From positions 520,744-584,743 of the forward strand of contig NW_018407191.1 in assembly GCF_002113885.1 (NCBI RefSeq): a DNA stretch of 64,000 nt, given 5' to 3'. Under the pieces are notes generated by a model. The model had not been told where the DNA came from. It did not search any database and saw only the letters and a program-made list of their open reading frames with translations. This DNA is from Mizuhopecten yessoensis (lineage: Eukaryota). The position numbers and the translations under genes are program-made. Positions 1 through 11,365 of the stretch are shown here, piece by piece. Each line of letters opens with the position of its first letter. The first letter of the stretch is position 1.

Positions 1-918
1 TAATAGGAGAGCATTTACACATTTTGATTGACAATCTCAACATGACAAGGAACAGTAATGGTAAGCATCTATATATTTATACATTTTCCACAAAGGATTA
101 TAAACAATATAAGAATAATAAAATATATCAAAATGCATAGATGAAATGATTCCTTCAAAGCACTGATTTACTATATGTAGACAAACAACACGAGGAGAAT
201 ATTGCATGTACAAACCAACACATAGTGAGCCTATCGATCAATACTTGTTCTCTCTCTGAATTTACATATTCTTTAATTTATTACAAAAAACAATCTATAA
301 TTAGTAAAAGCTCGTTAATCAAGAAATTCTCCTCAGATAATGAATGTAAGCCATGATCCACAAAAGCCGTGTTTCGTTTATCTATAAATTAACTACAGAT
401 TTTTTCGCTTGGAACCGGAGTGTCCAGATTAACCAAGTCCATCAGTATTCTATAAACAAAAGTACCAGCTATATACATGTGGTACAATGTTTTACGTATA
501 TTTTCTTCACAAGCTGTTGTTGGTTTTCCTGATTGTATCTAATGTGATCGTTACGAGGTACGAGACAATTTCCACAATAATATTCAAATAATAACCTATT
601 TTAAATATGGAAACTTAATATTTTATAAGTCAAGAAAACCTTTTGAATTCCATAATGTATCTATCGATATGTACCTACATATATTTTATGTTCATATCTT
701 ATCATAAATTGTAACAGATTTTTTAACATACAATCAACAATATGTATAATAATTACTAAACAGACAACATCTTTAAATCACACATTCTTGGTTTTTTTCT
801 TCATAAAAAGTATTTGCATTCGGAATTTCGTTAAGGATTTCTCATCCGGTAAAACCTTGATTTCATCTGGAACAGCCAACGACTTATTTTATTACAAAAC
901 CCCGATGGCTAGCATGGC

Positions 919-943
919 TATATATATATATATATATATATAT
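919..943. repeat. (TA)n microsatellite
   Basis: Run of about 12 TA units. Confidence 0.9.
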
Positions 944-1523
944 AGTGAAATAGTGCAGAGTGCATGACTACTTCTGGCTTTTTTAGTGCGTATTTCAATA
1001 ATATTGCGCAAATTTCAATTTTTGGAAGGATTAGGGATAACAATTAGCATACAAATGTTATTATACAACATTCTGATATGAAATTAAAGAATTACTTGCA
1101 TAATTCCTGCAAACCAAAAGAGGCACATGCATTATTCCTGCAAACCAAAAGAGGCGACTAAGTGTGGACCCCCTGCTGTGACTGTTAGATCCATCGCAGT
1201 ATTGAGAGGCGACTAATGAGATATTCCGTAGCAAATTGGAGATTTTTTCATATTTACCGGGCCAGATTTCCACAGGCACATGTTCCACGTTTTTGATATC
1301 TCTCGTTGACTCACTTTATATGACAGTGTATCTTGCGCAAGAATAGGTCCTCTACATCAGCGTTCCTTGTCTGCGATGCTCTCAGCTTAATTGCTGCCTT
1401 CGGCTGTCTTTAGCCGAGGGGACTTTTTTTATATATATAATAGCTATATTTTCAATTATAGTATATCATTTCTATCTTCTTTTAATATGATGTATATGTA
1501 CATGTAACTGTTCTGTTTCACTG

Positions 1524-1562
1524 TGTCTTGAAAAAGCAGCGGTACGCTCCGAAAATTTGACA
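1524..1562 (+). ncRNA. Candidate minimal type I hammerhead ribozyme, U3-A8 core variant, probably in a Penelope-like terminal repeat
   Basis: Stem I TGTC(1524-27)/GACA(1559-62); core TTGAAAA(1528-34); stem II AGCG-gta-CGCT; GAAA(1551-54); palindromic AATT as stem III; putative cleavage after 1558. Confidence 0.45.
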
Positions 1563-1850
1563 ACCTAAACTTGTCCACACTGTTGGAATTACTTCTTTGC
1601 CCCTACGGACATACCTCCATTAGGATCCAGTGTTATATGGGATTTTTACCGTCTATATTACTTCTTTGACCCCAAACTGTTCATATATGTATATATATTA
1701 ATTATAATCAGAACAAAGATACATGAAGTGAACAAATTTCATTCCCAACAGAAACAGAACTAACTGTTGATCTGTAAACAAATCACTTTTACAACACAGT
1801 CCCTTTGTTCCATAATAACGCATTCACAGACCTGTGAAGATTGACCTAAA

Positions 1851-2738
1851 TAAAGTGATAGAAAGATGAGCCAGGCTTCATCCAAAGAGATAGAAAGGGG
1901 GAGCCAGGCTTTGTCCAAAGAGTTGGAAAGGGGAGCCAGGCTTTACCAAAAGAGTTGGAAAGGGGCGCCATGCTTTGTCCAAAGAATTTGAAAGGGGAGC
2001 CAGGCTTTGTCTGAAGAGTTGGAAAAGGGAGCCAGGCTTTGTCCAAAGAGTTGGAAAGGGGACCCAGGCTTTGTACAAAGTGATAGAAAGGGGAAGACAG
2101 GCTTTGTCCAAAGAGTTGGAAAGGGGAGCCAGGCTTTGTCCAAAGAGTTGTAAATTGGAACCAGGCTTTGTTCAAGGAGTTGGAAAGGGGAACAAGGCTT
2201 TGTCTAAAGAGTTGGAAAGGGGAACAAGGCTTTATCTAAAGAGTTGGGAAGGGGAACAAGGCTTTGTCCAAAGAGTTGGAAAGGGGAGCCAGGCTTTGTC
2301 CAAAGAGTTTGAAAGGGGAGCCAGGCTTTGTCCAAAGTGATAGAAAGGGGAGCCAGGCTTTGCACAAAGTAATAGAAAGGGGAGCCAGGCTTTGTACAAA
2401 GTGATATAAAGGGAGAGCCGGGCTTTGTCCACGGAGTTGGAAAGGGGAGCCAGGCTTTGTCCAAGGAGTTGGAAAGGGGACCCAGGCTTTGTCCAAAGAG
2501 TTGGAAAGGGGAACAAGGCTTTGTCCAAAGAGTTGGAAAGGGGACCCAGGCTTTGTCCAAAGTGATAGAAAGGGGGAGCCGGGCTTTGTCCACGGAGTTG
2601 GAAAGGGGACCCAGGCTTTGTCCAAAGAGTTGGAAAGGGGAACCAGGCTTTGTCCAAAGAGTTGGAAAGGGGACCCAGGCTTTGTCCAAAGTGATAGAAA
2701 GGGGAGCCAGGCTTTGTACAAGCACATAGAAAGGGGTG
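1851..2738. repeat. Minisatellite, 32-33 bp unit, about 27 copies
   Basis: Unit GAGCCAGGCTTTGTCCAAAGAGTTGGAAAGGG interspersed with a GTGATAGAAA variant. It accounts for the nine overlapping ORFs between 1846 and 2777. Confidence 0.95.
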
Positions 2739-2890
2739 CCACAAGGTGACAATCAGATTTTGATTCCGTACATTCAATCAGATTTAGTCTGTTCTGGATT
2801 TTTCACTCAGTCAAGTGAAAACCAGTATACACAAATATAAACCAATTGCTCAAATGTCATTTTCATTTACATTTTCTTACTCCTACAAAA

Positions 2891-3197
2891 GATGACAATC
2901 TCTAAATTACTGACAGAGACAGAAAAAAGGGTCTTCCTGCAGCTCATACATAAGCAATATTCAGATAAGTTATTACCATAATCTGTATGAACATGCATAT
3001 CTAAACCTAACTTTCAACTTAAGCTCCTGCGATTTGCACATGTCTAACTTGACAATGACAACCTCTCACTTACTGACTGAGACAGAAAATGTGTCTTCCA
3101 GCACCTCATACATTAGAGAGGTTCATATTAATTATTATCACAATCTGTCTAAACATGCATATCTCGACCTTAGTTTCAACTAAAACTCTTGCGATTC
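2891..3197. repeat. Diverged tandem duplication, period ~163 bp
   Basis: 2891-3036 aligns with 3054-3197 (shared TTACTGAC.GAGACAGAAAA, CTCATACAT, CAATCTGT/TAATCTGT, AACATGCATATCT, TTTCAACT, TGCGATT). Confidence 0.8.
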
Positions 3198-4809
3198 TAT
3201 CAAATGTCACATGGTACACTACTGCAACGATGAAGGACTAATATATTTTGCTATCCAACTCTGGACATTTGCATCAACTTTAACTTGTCTGCAATTTTTC
3301 TGAGATCGTATTCACCTTCAAAAGGCTGATTAAGGTATAGGTATTGTTAGATCAAAGATAGTTGTACTTACAATATGCAAGGCCTACATCAGACAAAACC
3401 TCACTCAGAAGAAACATCTTGTTCTTCTCGAGATTCCTGAGACAAAGTTCCTCCACTAAATATGATCTAAGTTCACAGTGCTGTTCCCTCTGTGTAAACC
3501 ACCACTGAATCGTTTTTAATGAGATTGTCCGTATCGTTTCCGTGATGTGTTCCTATGTCGGGGATAGCACTTGTTCTCATCACAGCTACGGCCGCCGCAG
3601 ACTAACTCCGCATGCGGTTCTGCCTTTTTAGCGTGTTGCTTGCCTGTCATAGAAGTTCATACTATTATGTATCACTGGGTATTTACACAGGTGGGACTTT
3701 TTGTAGATTTATTCCAAAGGTCAGTGTATTTTGTAGTTTCTATTTTTCACCACTTAAACTTCCTGAAACATCTGTATTATTTGATCGGAATCACAAACCC
3801 CACAGAACAATATATTTTTTAAAACAGAGTTTCATTAAAGCCTTATAAAACATCATGTACATTATCATGGAACGCCACCTAGATAGGAGTTTCTTATACA
3901 TCCAGCAGTGTTATGTCTTGTCATGATTCTTACACAGCCATGTTGTATATTACTATTACTGAGTGAACACTTATTCACCTACTTACGGGTGTTTGAGGTA
4001 TATGGTTCCATACAGTGTCATGAAAAAACATTATAGATATTTTCAAGGTGGAAATTTACGCTACCCATATAAAGTTCCTGATTTACCACAAGGCTATAGA
4101 TTAATGAAATACACATTAAAAGATTTAAGATATTGAACCTTTCAAACATTTGTTGACCTTGAGAAATTATCATATTACTAATTTCAGAAGTACAATTCTG
4201 AGTTACCTCTGCAGAGAAGTGATGACTTAAGGGAAGCTTACCTGTGAGTAGACCTCTTCTGCTGTGAAAGTGCCATGGAAACCGCCATGGATTCTTGATC
4301 TTCCTCCTGGTAGCCATGGTGATGTTGATCCTCCATAAACATTGGATTATGTACTCCTATTGAAATCATTAACAGAGCAGTATGTTGATTCAATTTTCAA
4401 CGATTTCATAGACATGGTAATAAATTATTAGTTTTCAGTAACTCAATAAAAATTACCCCTAGGATTACTGTGAAAAATTAACTGTATAAAGGTGATCCAA
4501 ACATTGATAATATTTACCTGTGACCGAGTGAGCACTCCTAGCCAGACTTGGTACCTGTAGTGTCATATTAATGGCTCACTTTAGACTACCATAACCCTGG
4601 ACAATGTACATGCAGGGGTCAACATAATTTTAATATAAGAAAATATTTTGCAAGTTAAAACAAAACATTGTATAAATAATATCGGGTAAAAATACATTCA
4701 TAAATAGTTAACCTTAATAATGCTTAACAATATTGATGAACATTTTCTGCGTATCATAAAGTTTTGTTTTATCCCATTTTCCAAGGCTGCTCTATATCAT
4801 ATAACTTTA

Positions 4810-5885
4810 CTTTTTAACTCTGACTTATTTCAATGAGTCAATTATAATCAAGAAACAATGATTTATTTTAATGATTTAATTTGTTAACAAGAATTGATGA
4901 CTCACTTTTAATTTTATGGATTAATTACTGAACAAACAAAAATCACTGACTTTCATACATTAATGATTTGATTTGTAAACCAAGACATTGACTTACTCAT
5001 TGGAGTACTTTCTCAACAAGAAACACTGATTTACCTCAAAGGTTTATTTTCCAATCGAGAAATGTTGTCTTTAATATTTCAATAATGTAATTCGTAAACA
5101 AGAATCACTGCCTTTCTTTAATTGATTAATTTTTAAATAAATACACAGACTTGCTTCAATGGGTTAACTTGTTATCTAGGAACTCTGACTTATGTAAGTC
5201 CATTAGTTTATAAACAAAAATATGTTGACTTTAATACTTCATTAGTTTAATAAGTAAACAAGAGTTAATGAATCACTTTTTGAAACACTGACTTTCATTC
5301 ATTAATGAGTGAATTTGTAAACCAAAAACATTGACCTACCTAAGTGGATTAGTCTGTAAGCAGGAAACACAATTTACATTAATTTACTTCAAAGGATTAA
5401 TTTGCAAATACGAAATGTTGACTTCCTTCTAAGGTTTAATTTGTAAAGTATATAGACTTACTTCAATGTGTTAATTTGTAAATAAGATTTTTTTTTTATT
5501 TCAATGGTTGAATTTGTAAACAAGAAACACTGAATTTCCTTAAAGTATTAATTTTCAAATAAAAACACTGACTTACTCAATGGATTTGTTTTCTTTTATA
5601 ATTGCCTAATGGCCCAGCAATAGTTAACGAGATCATATTAAACCAGCAATAAAATATTTATATGAATGGTTGAATTGTAAATAACAGAAATTATATTGTC
5701 TTACTTCAATGGTTGAATTGTAAACAACAGAAATGATATTGTCTTACTTCAATGGTTCAACTGTAAACAACAGAAATTATATTGATTTACTTCAATGGTT
5801 CAATTTGTGAACAAGAAAGACTGACTTACTACAACACCAATTTGTGAAAAGCGATGTTGACTCATTTAAAACATTGAATTGTAAA
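4810..5885. repeat. Degenerate AT-rich tandem array, ~38-43 bp unit
   Basis: Recurrent TTTGTAAACAAGAAACACTGACTTACTTCAATGG-like unit; three better-conserved units at about 5666-5805. Confidence 0.75.
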
Positions 5886-6958
5886 AAAAAAAAAAAAAAA
5901 AATTTATAATGGCTTGTTTTTTGGAACCAAGTAACACTGTCTTCATGGTTTAATACTGTACACCTGGAATTTTTTGTTGCAGTTTAATTTTCACCTTTTT
6001 CGCCCAACGTAATGAGGATGAATTGATAATTTACACCAAACATTAGTAAACAACATACATAGTAATTAAGAGGGGATGTCACGAACCATCAAGCTTCAAA
6101 TGGAAACTAGAAATATTTTATATTTTCTAACTTTATATGGACCATCTTAATGGTAATTATCTGTTGCTGCCATATGAATTAAATTTTATAAAATTTTTGT
6201 TACTTTTGTTGAGGATTAAAGTTGTTACCGTGGAAACTGCTGATATTACCAAAATAAACTCAATTTCCATGATTTTACTGACATTTTCTAATGTTCAACA
6301 TATTTTAATTAACAAGTATTTTAATGTAACATATATATAGTTTCAAAATATATTTCAAAAATCAACATATTGTTATAATGTTGCTATGGTAACCAATATT
6401 GGACCTACTTTATAAAAAAAACACAATTCTAATAAAAAAACTTACATTAAAGTGATTATTTCAATTCTGCAACAAGATAGTCATAAAATACACAGTGTTT
6501 ACAATTGAGCAACAGTGTCCTGACCAAAAGACTTTTTGTTTAGACGAGGAAAAACATGGAAACAAAATCACTAATTTCTTAAAAATTGTAAAGGACCTGT
6601 TACAGGAACAAAAGAATTTTGCCCACAAAGNTTTCAAAGCTACAGTTAAACTAAATCATAGGCATAGGTTTGCGTAGGAATATTTGCAGTAAAAAAATTT
6701 CTTATATAATAGCCTAGAAAACTAAGTGATGAATTTGCAAAAATACTCCTTAGCAACCAGTTTTATCCCGTAGCAACCAATGTTATCCCTTAGCAACAGC
6801 ATCAAAAATGGTATTTTTGTAAGCTACCAAACATTATTTTGTATTCTTGAAAGAACATATAGTGCTATATTGAGAAGTAAATAACAAATTTGCCAAAATA
6901 CTCCTTAGCAACCAGTTTAATACCTTCGCAACCACTTTTTTCCCTTACCAACAGGTTT

Positions 6959-7697
6959 AAACAAGAGGTCCATTGGCATTAACGGTCACCTGAGTTCTGA
7001 TATATTTATACAAAGAGTTGATTTTAAAACATAAACATAAATATTATTCAAAGTGACAAAAAACAATAAAACCACCTTATTCAATATCTAGCATACAGAT
7101 TTAAGATTGAAAAGTATTTGAAACTAGCACCTCTGATTCTAAACAAAGAAAATGAAGAAATTTTAGCACACTGACTCGTTTGGGCCCCGCCCTACAGCCC
7201 TTGGTGGTAGGGCTGGCTCAAAATGTTCAAAGTATCAAACTTTCTACTCAGGGTTATAATTCCAATCAAGTTATCAACATGTAATATTCAAAGTATCATT
7301 TGCCATTATAAACCATAATATATTTTGCCACCCCCCTTCCCCAGGGGTAAACGTGAGACCCTAAGGTCATAAAATTCACAATTTTGGTAGAGCACCTTAA
7401 AACCCTTCAATCTTTAAAGAGTATTTGATTCTACCATATCTAGGTCTTGAGAAGAAGATTTTTGAATTATTAGTCAAGTTGACCCTTTTTTGCCCCGCCC
7501 CTCAGGCCCCTGGGGGCTGGGGACCAAATTCACAATTTTGGTTAACCTTCGGCCATGAAAGGTTTCTGGAAAATTTCATTGAAATTGGTTCAGGGGTCGA
7601 AAAGGTAAATTGTTTACGGACGCACGACAGACGACGGACAACGACGGACAAAAGCCGATCGCAATAGGTCACTTGAGACTTTGTCTCAGGTGACCTA
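6959..7697 (+). mobile_element. Non-autonomous Helitron/Helentron-type element (HINE-like)
   Basis: Starts AAACAAGAGG; subterminal GGTCACCTGAG at 6984-6994; GACGAC/GGAC microsatellite at ~7620-7650; terminal hairpin TAGGTCACTTGAGAC-ttt-GTCTCAGGTGACCTA at 7665-7697. This layout is typical of mollusc HINEs. Confidence 0.7.
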
Positions 7698-8702
7698 ATA
7701 AAAGAGGAGAAGAATACGAATGGACAGTCCCAACAAGATATCGTTCCCATTTGAAGATACATTGTGTTGCTCGGCCTTTTAAACACAGGACAATGCAAAT
7801 ACCAAGTACAATATCACGCCAAATTCATTCGGAACTCCTCCGCTCGATAAAATGACCGTGCCTAAAGTACATGTAATTATATAATCCCGTGTATACAGAA
7901 TTAAGTCCCATGTAAGCTTTCAAGCAAATTACTTCATAATAGATATCGACTCACAGTCTACAGATGTCCGCAACCGTTACACTTTTTTGATGTAAAAATA
8001 ATAAGGATCCCAACGTAAAGTAAGGTGTGTTATAGAAATGCGATAGTTCTTATTTGGAATGCTTAAATACACAGTCTGTAATATCAGTATTTCTGAAAAG
8101 TATCAACTTGTCAAATCTTAAATGGAGTACCGTAAAAGCAAATATTAATACAATTAAACTTGCTACGGTTTGTGTTTTGACTTAAAATACGAAGAGAGAG
8201 CTGCCTTCTTGATATCTTATCTATAATTTCTTACATTTATGGTGTTCGAACCTAGTTAGAGAATGTTAAGTGGAGATTTAAAATGCGTTTTTCTAAAAAT
8301 ATTTTATAGTTTGCTGAAAAATGATCTTGTGTATCATTTAGTAATTTGAATCCCACGTATAATGTTTGTTTTTAGGTTTTATTATCTTATTTATTTTTGC
8401 TTGAATGTCTTATCAATCTTTTGAAAATATTCGAAGTACTATAAGCTTAATGGAAACATTGAAATTACGTAATTCATATTTTATGAATACATGAAATATG
8501 TATATTATTTTATATATAAATCGATTTTTGTATTTGTAGATAGAAAACAAACCAATAATAAGAAAACAAACGAAACGTATTATTCAAAAAACGTTGTTGA
8601 AAAGTGAGATTATGAAAGTCTACTCAAGCTTTCAAACCAGAGAAAACCTTGACCTAGATAAGCAGAGCTGATTGTATGATAGTGGCAGAGTAGAAGGAAA
8701 GC

Positions 8703-11365
8703 ATGGCTGCCAAATATGCTATAGTCTTAACACTGATTAGTTTTTGTTCTCCATGCGTGGCGGCGGAGTGGACACGCGAGATTCAAGAGAAGCTGGTCAA
8801 TGTGAGAAGTGTCACATTTCTAGTAACTGTTAATGACACGTGGGATCCTAAGTAAGTACAAATCGTCATATCCGGTTTAGAGTTTGAAACAGAAGACGTG
8901 AATTCATTCAAATTTCCAGCAAAGTCAACGGTTTGGCTGTCGATATTATAAGTATTTAGTGTATTTTTTGTTTGTTCACTAGTGGATGCATTGCAACGGT
9001 AAAAACACCTCCTCTAAAACCGAATGTCAAATACAACCATACGGAGCAGATTCATGTTGGAAGCTGTGATCACGGTCCATTGGATTTTCGGGTTTCGTCT
9101 CTCAACGACAGTGTGAATGCTATGGTACGTGTAAGGAACATAAGAAACTATATACAAAGCATTAGAGAGGAGTCTTCATTTCACATGAAATAGAAACAAA
9201 TTCAAGATCCTCTCTATCACAATTGTGCTAAATCTATTATTCACAGCATAATATAACAGTCATGCGATATCACCTGAGTTCAGTAAATCGCGATTATGTA
9301 TCAATATATATTTAAAACAATTTATTTTGTTTGGCTTTCTGCATAACTACATTAATTTTGTATATATGTTGTTTTTTTTGCTTTTTTTAATGTCTGGTGA
9401 TTATTTTGCGCCACAAGGTACATTTTTAATTTCCAAAAAGACGCTTACCCTTCCTGAACACCTGGTCTCAACTGTTTGTCATGTTCGAAAAGTCTCCATG
9501 TAAAGCTTTCATTTGTTAATGTCTTTCCCTACTTTTTTTTTAATTTCGAGTTCGATTTATGGTTTTGTTCATACTTCGATAATTTCTTGCTTTTGTGTGT
9601 GTGTCGTTGTGTTGTATTTAACACATGACGTAGTATGTGACGTTTTAGTATGTTGAGTTATTTTACTGATGAGTGTGACGTATGTGCGTCAATATGACGT
9701 CAGGTTTGAATGATGAGGTATTCTTCACTATTATACTGAATAAAAAAACCGCACAATTACATTATGCAATCAATAGCCTATGATATTTTTTGTACAAAAT
9801 TTTATATTAATATGAAGGGACAAGTCTACTCTTTACAATACTATAAAAGAAAATTCTGTGTGACGTCACTCGTGTCATCAGTAGTTACTAAAAGAGTGGG
9901 ATACCCGCGAAAAACAAATTGACACTTCAGTACCTGGTGTGTGCACCTTTTGCACGTATCCCTGCATGAATTCATGAGAACATTTATTCGCCTTAAGGAA
10001 ATGTTGTTCCATCTTGTGTTAAAGCTGCGATCAACTGGGCGCGGTTNNNNNNNNNNNNNNNNNNNNNNNNNNNNNNNNNNNNNNNNNNNNNNNNNNNNNN
10101 NNNNNNNNNNNNNNNNNNNNNNNNNNNNNNNNNNNNNNNNNNNNNNNNNNNNNNNNNNNNNNNNNNNNNNNNNNNNNNNNNNNNNNNNNNNNNNNNNNNN
10201 NNNNNNNNNNNNNNNNNNNNNNNNNNNNNNNNNNNNNNNNNNNNNNNNNNNNNNNNNNNNNNNNNNNNNNNNNNNNNNNNNNNNNNNNNNNNNNNNNNNN
10301 NNNNNNNNNNNNNNNNNNNNNNNNNNNNNNNNNNNNNNNNNNNNNNNNNNNNNNNNNNNNNNNNNNNNNNNNNNNNNNNNNNNNNNNNNNNNNNNNNNNN
10401 NNNNNNNNNNNNNNNNNNNNNNNNNNNNNNNNNNNNNNNNNNNNNNNNNNNNNNNNNNNNNNNNNNNNNNNNNNNNNNNNNNNNNNNNNNNNNNNNNNNN
10501 NNNNNNNNNNNNNNNNNNNNNNNNNNNNNNNNNNNNNNNNNNNNNNNNNNNNNNNNNNNNTACAGCAGTCTTGAATCTGTTGCGCAAATGCGACAATCGA
10601 ATCGCCCTGTCTTGTCCTGCGGTCGTTACACGCGGACGACCGCTCCTGGGACGATTGGAAACTAACCCAGTACATGTAGCACGGAAACGTGTACAGAGAC
10701 GGTTAATTGTACGCGGGCCAACACCAAACTGCCGTGCGACAGCAGTTTGGCTATGACCATCCATCAACATCGCAATTGCTCTACCCCTCTGAATTTGCGT
10801 TAAGCGTGGCATCTCAGTCAATGGCGAAATCAAAATGCCAACTTGGACAATTAATGTGGCTGAACTTTGAGTATCCGTTGAGATTATTTGTTTGAAAAAC
10901 TCCGGCTTGGCTTGATCACGCCTCTTGATTCGGACTAAAGAAGCTCACAAAGTCACGCAATGACATCGTCACGCTTGGCTGATTTTAGGGTAGATTGTTG
11001 AGAAGAGAGATCGTTCTTGATGTAATACCTGACCAAATATTCCATTATTACCTTACAGCTAAGGTGTACTGCAGGGGGGAACTTTGTGCGTTTCATTTTT
11101 TTTGTTCAGTATATATTAAAGGTTGACGTCATTTGACGCGTTTTACGTACATCTGTTGTAGACTGTTGACTTAGTGTTCCACTCCTCCGTAGTAGAAGAT
11201 GCTGATCCCCCTGCCTGTAGTATTGGATGGAACGGTACCTACCTCGTTCCCCGGGCTTCAAATATACCAGACCAGTCCCTGCTCCCGGGCTGTATGACTG
11301 GTGACTCCAGGGAGGGCTATCACATGACTTACTACTGGTTCCATATTTTGGAGTGGTCTTTTTAG
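8703..11365 (+). CDS. Uncharacterised secreted glycoprotein, 164 aa, 3 coding exons
   Basis: Exons 8703-8851 (AA|GTAAGT), 8983-9124 (ttcactag| ... ATG|GTACGT) and 11162-11365 (ttgtag| ... TAG) join in phases 2 and 0 with no stop. N-terminus MAAKYAIVLTLISFCSPCVAA resembles a signal peptide. Four mature Cys, four N-X-S/T sequons, and AATAAA at ~11379. Confidence 0.8.
9734..11111 (-). mobile_element. Tc1/mariner transposon, decayed, spanning the assembly gap; in intron 2 of the secreted-protein gene
   Basis: TIRs TACTGAATAAAAAAACCGCACAA and TTGTGCGTTTCATTTTTTTGTTCAGTA, flanked by TA. Transposase starts at 10812 (MPRLTQIQRGRAIAML...VARQFGV...RPRSGRPRVTT, Tc1 HTH plus GRPR) and ends GAHTRY* at 9927 after a frameshift. 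Confidence 0.9.
10047..10560. other. Assembly gap (514 N)
   Basis: Run of N. Confidence 1.

Noticed and set aside
1-66. Open frame ending in G|GTAAGC, a possible exon of an upstream gene
   Set aside because: Cut by the window edge, no recognisable motif and no downstream partner exon found.
1846-2777. Overlapping repetitive ORFs on both strands, and a superficially CRISPR-like periodicity
   Set aside because: By-product of a stop-poor minisatellite. Units are contiguous with no unique spacers, and the context is eukaryotic.
4018-4317. 99-aa ORF with an internal CAG|GTAAG donor on -
   Set aside because: No recognisable homology and no linked exons; could be a non-coding exon but is unsupported.
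6071-6958. Region with repeated CCTTAGCAACC / GTTGCTATGG motifs
   Set aside because: Probably a DNA-transposon remnant, but ends and target duplication could not be defined.
9841-10833. Long ORFs of 330, 271 and 214 aa
   Set aside because: Their length comes from the N gap; only the Tc1 transposase ends are real.
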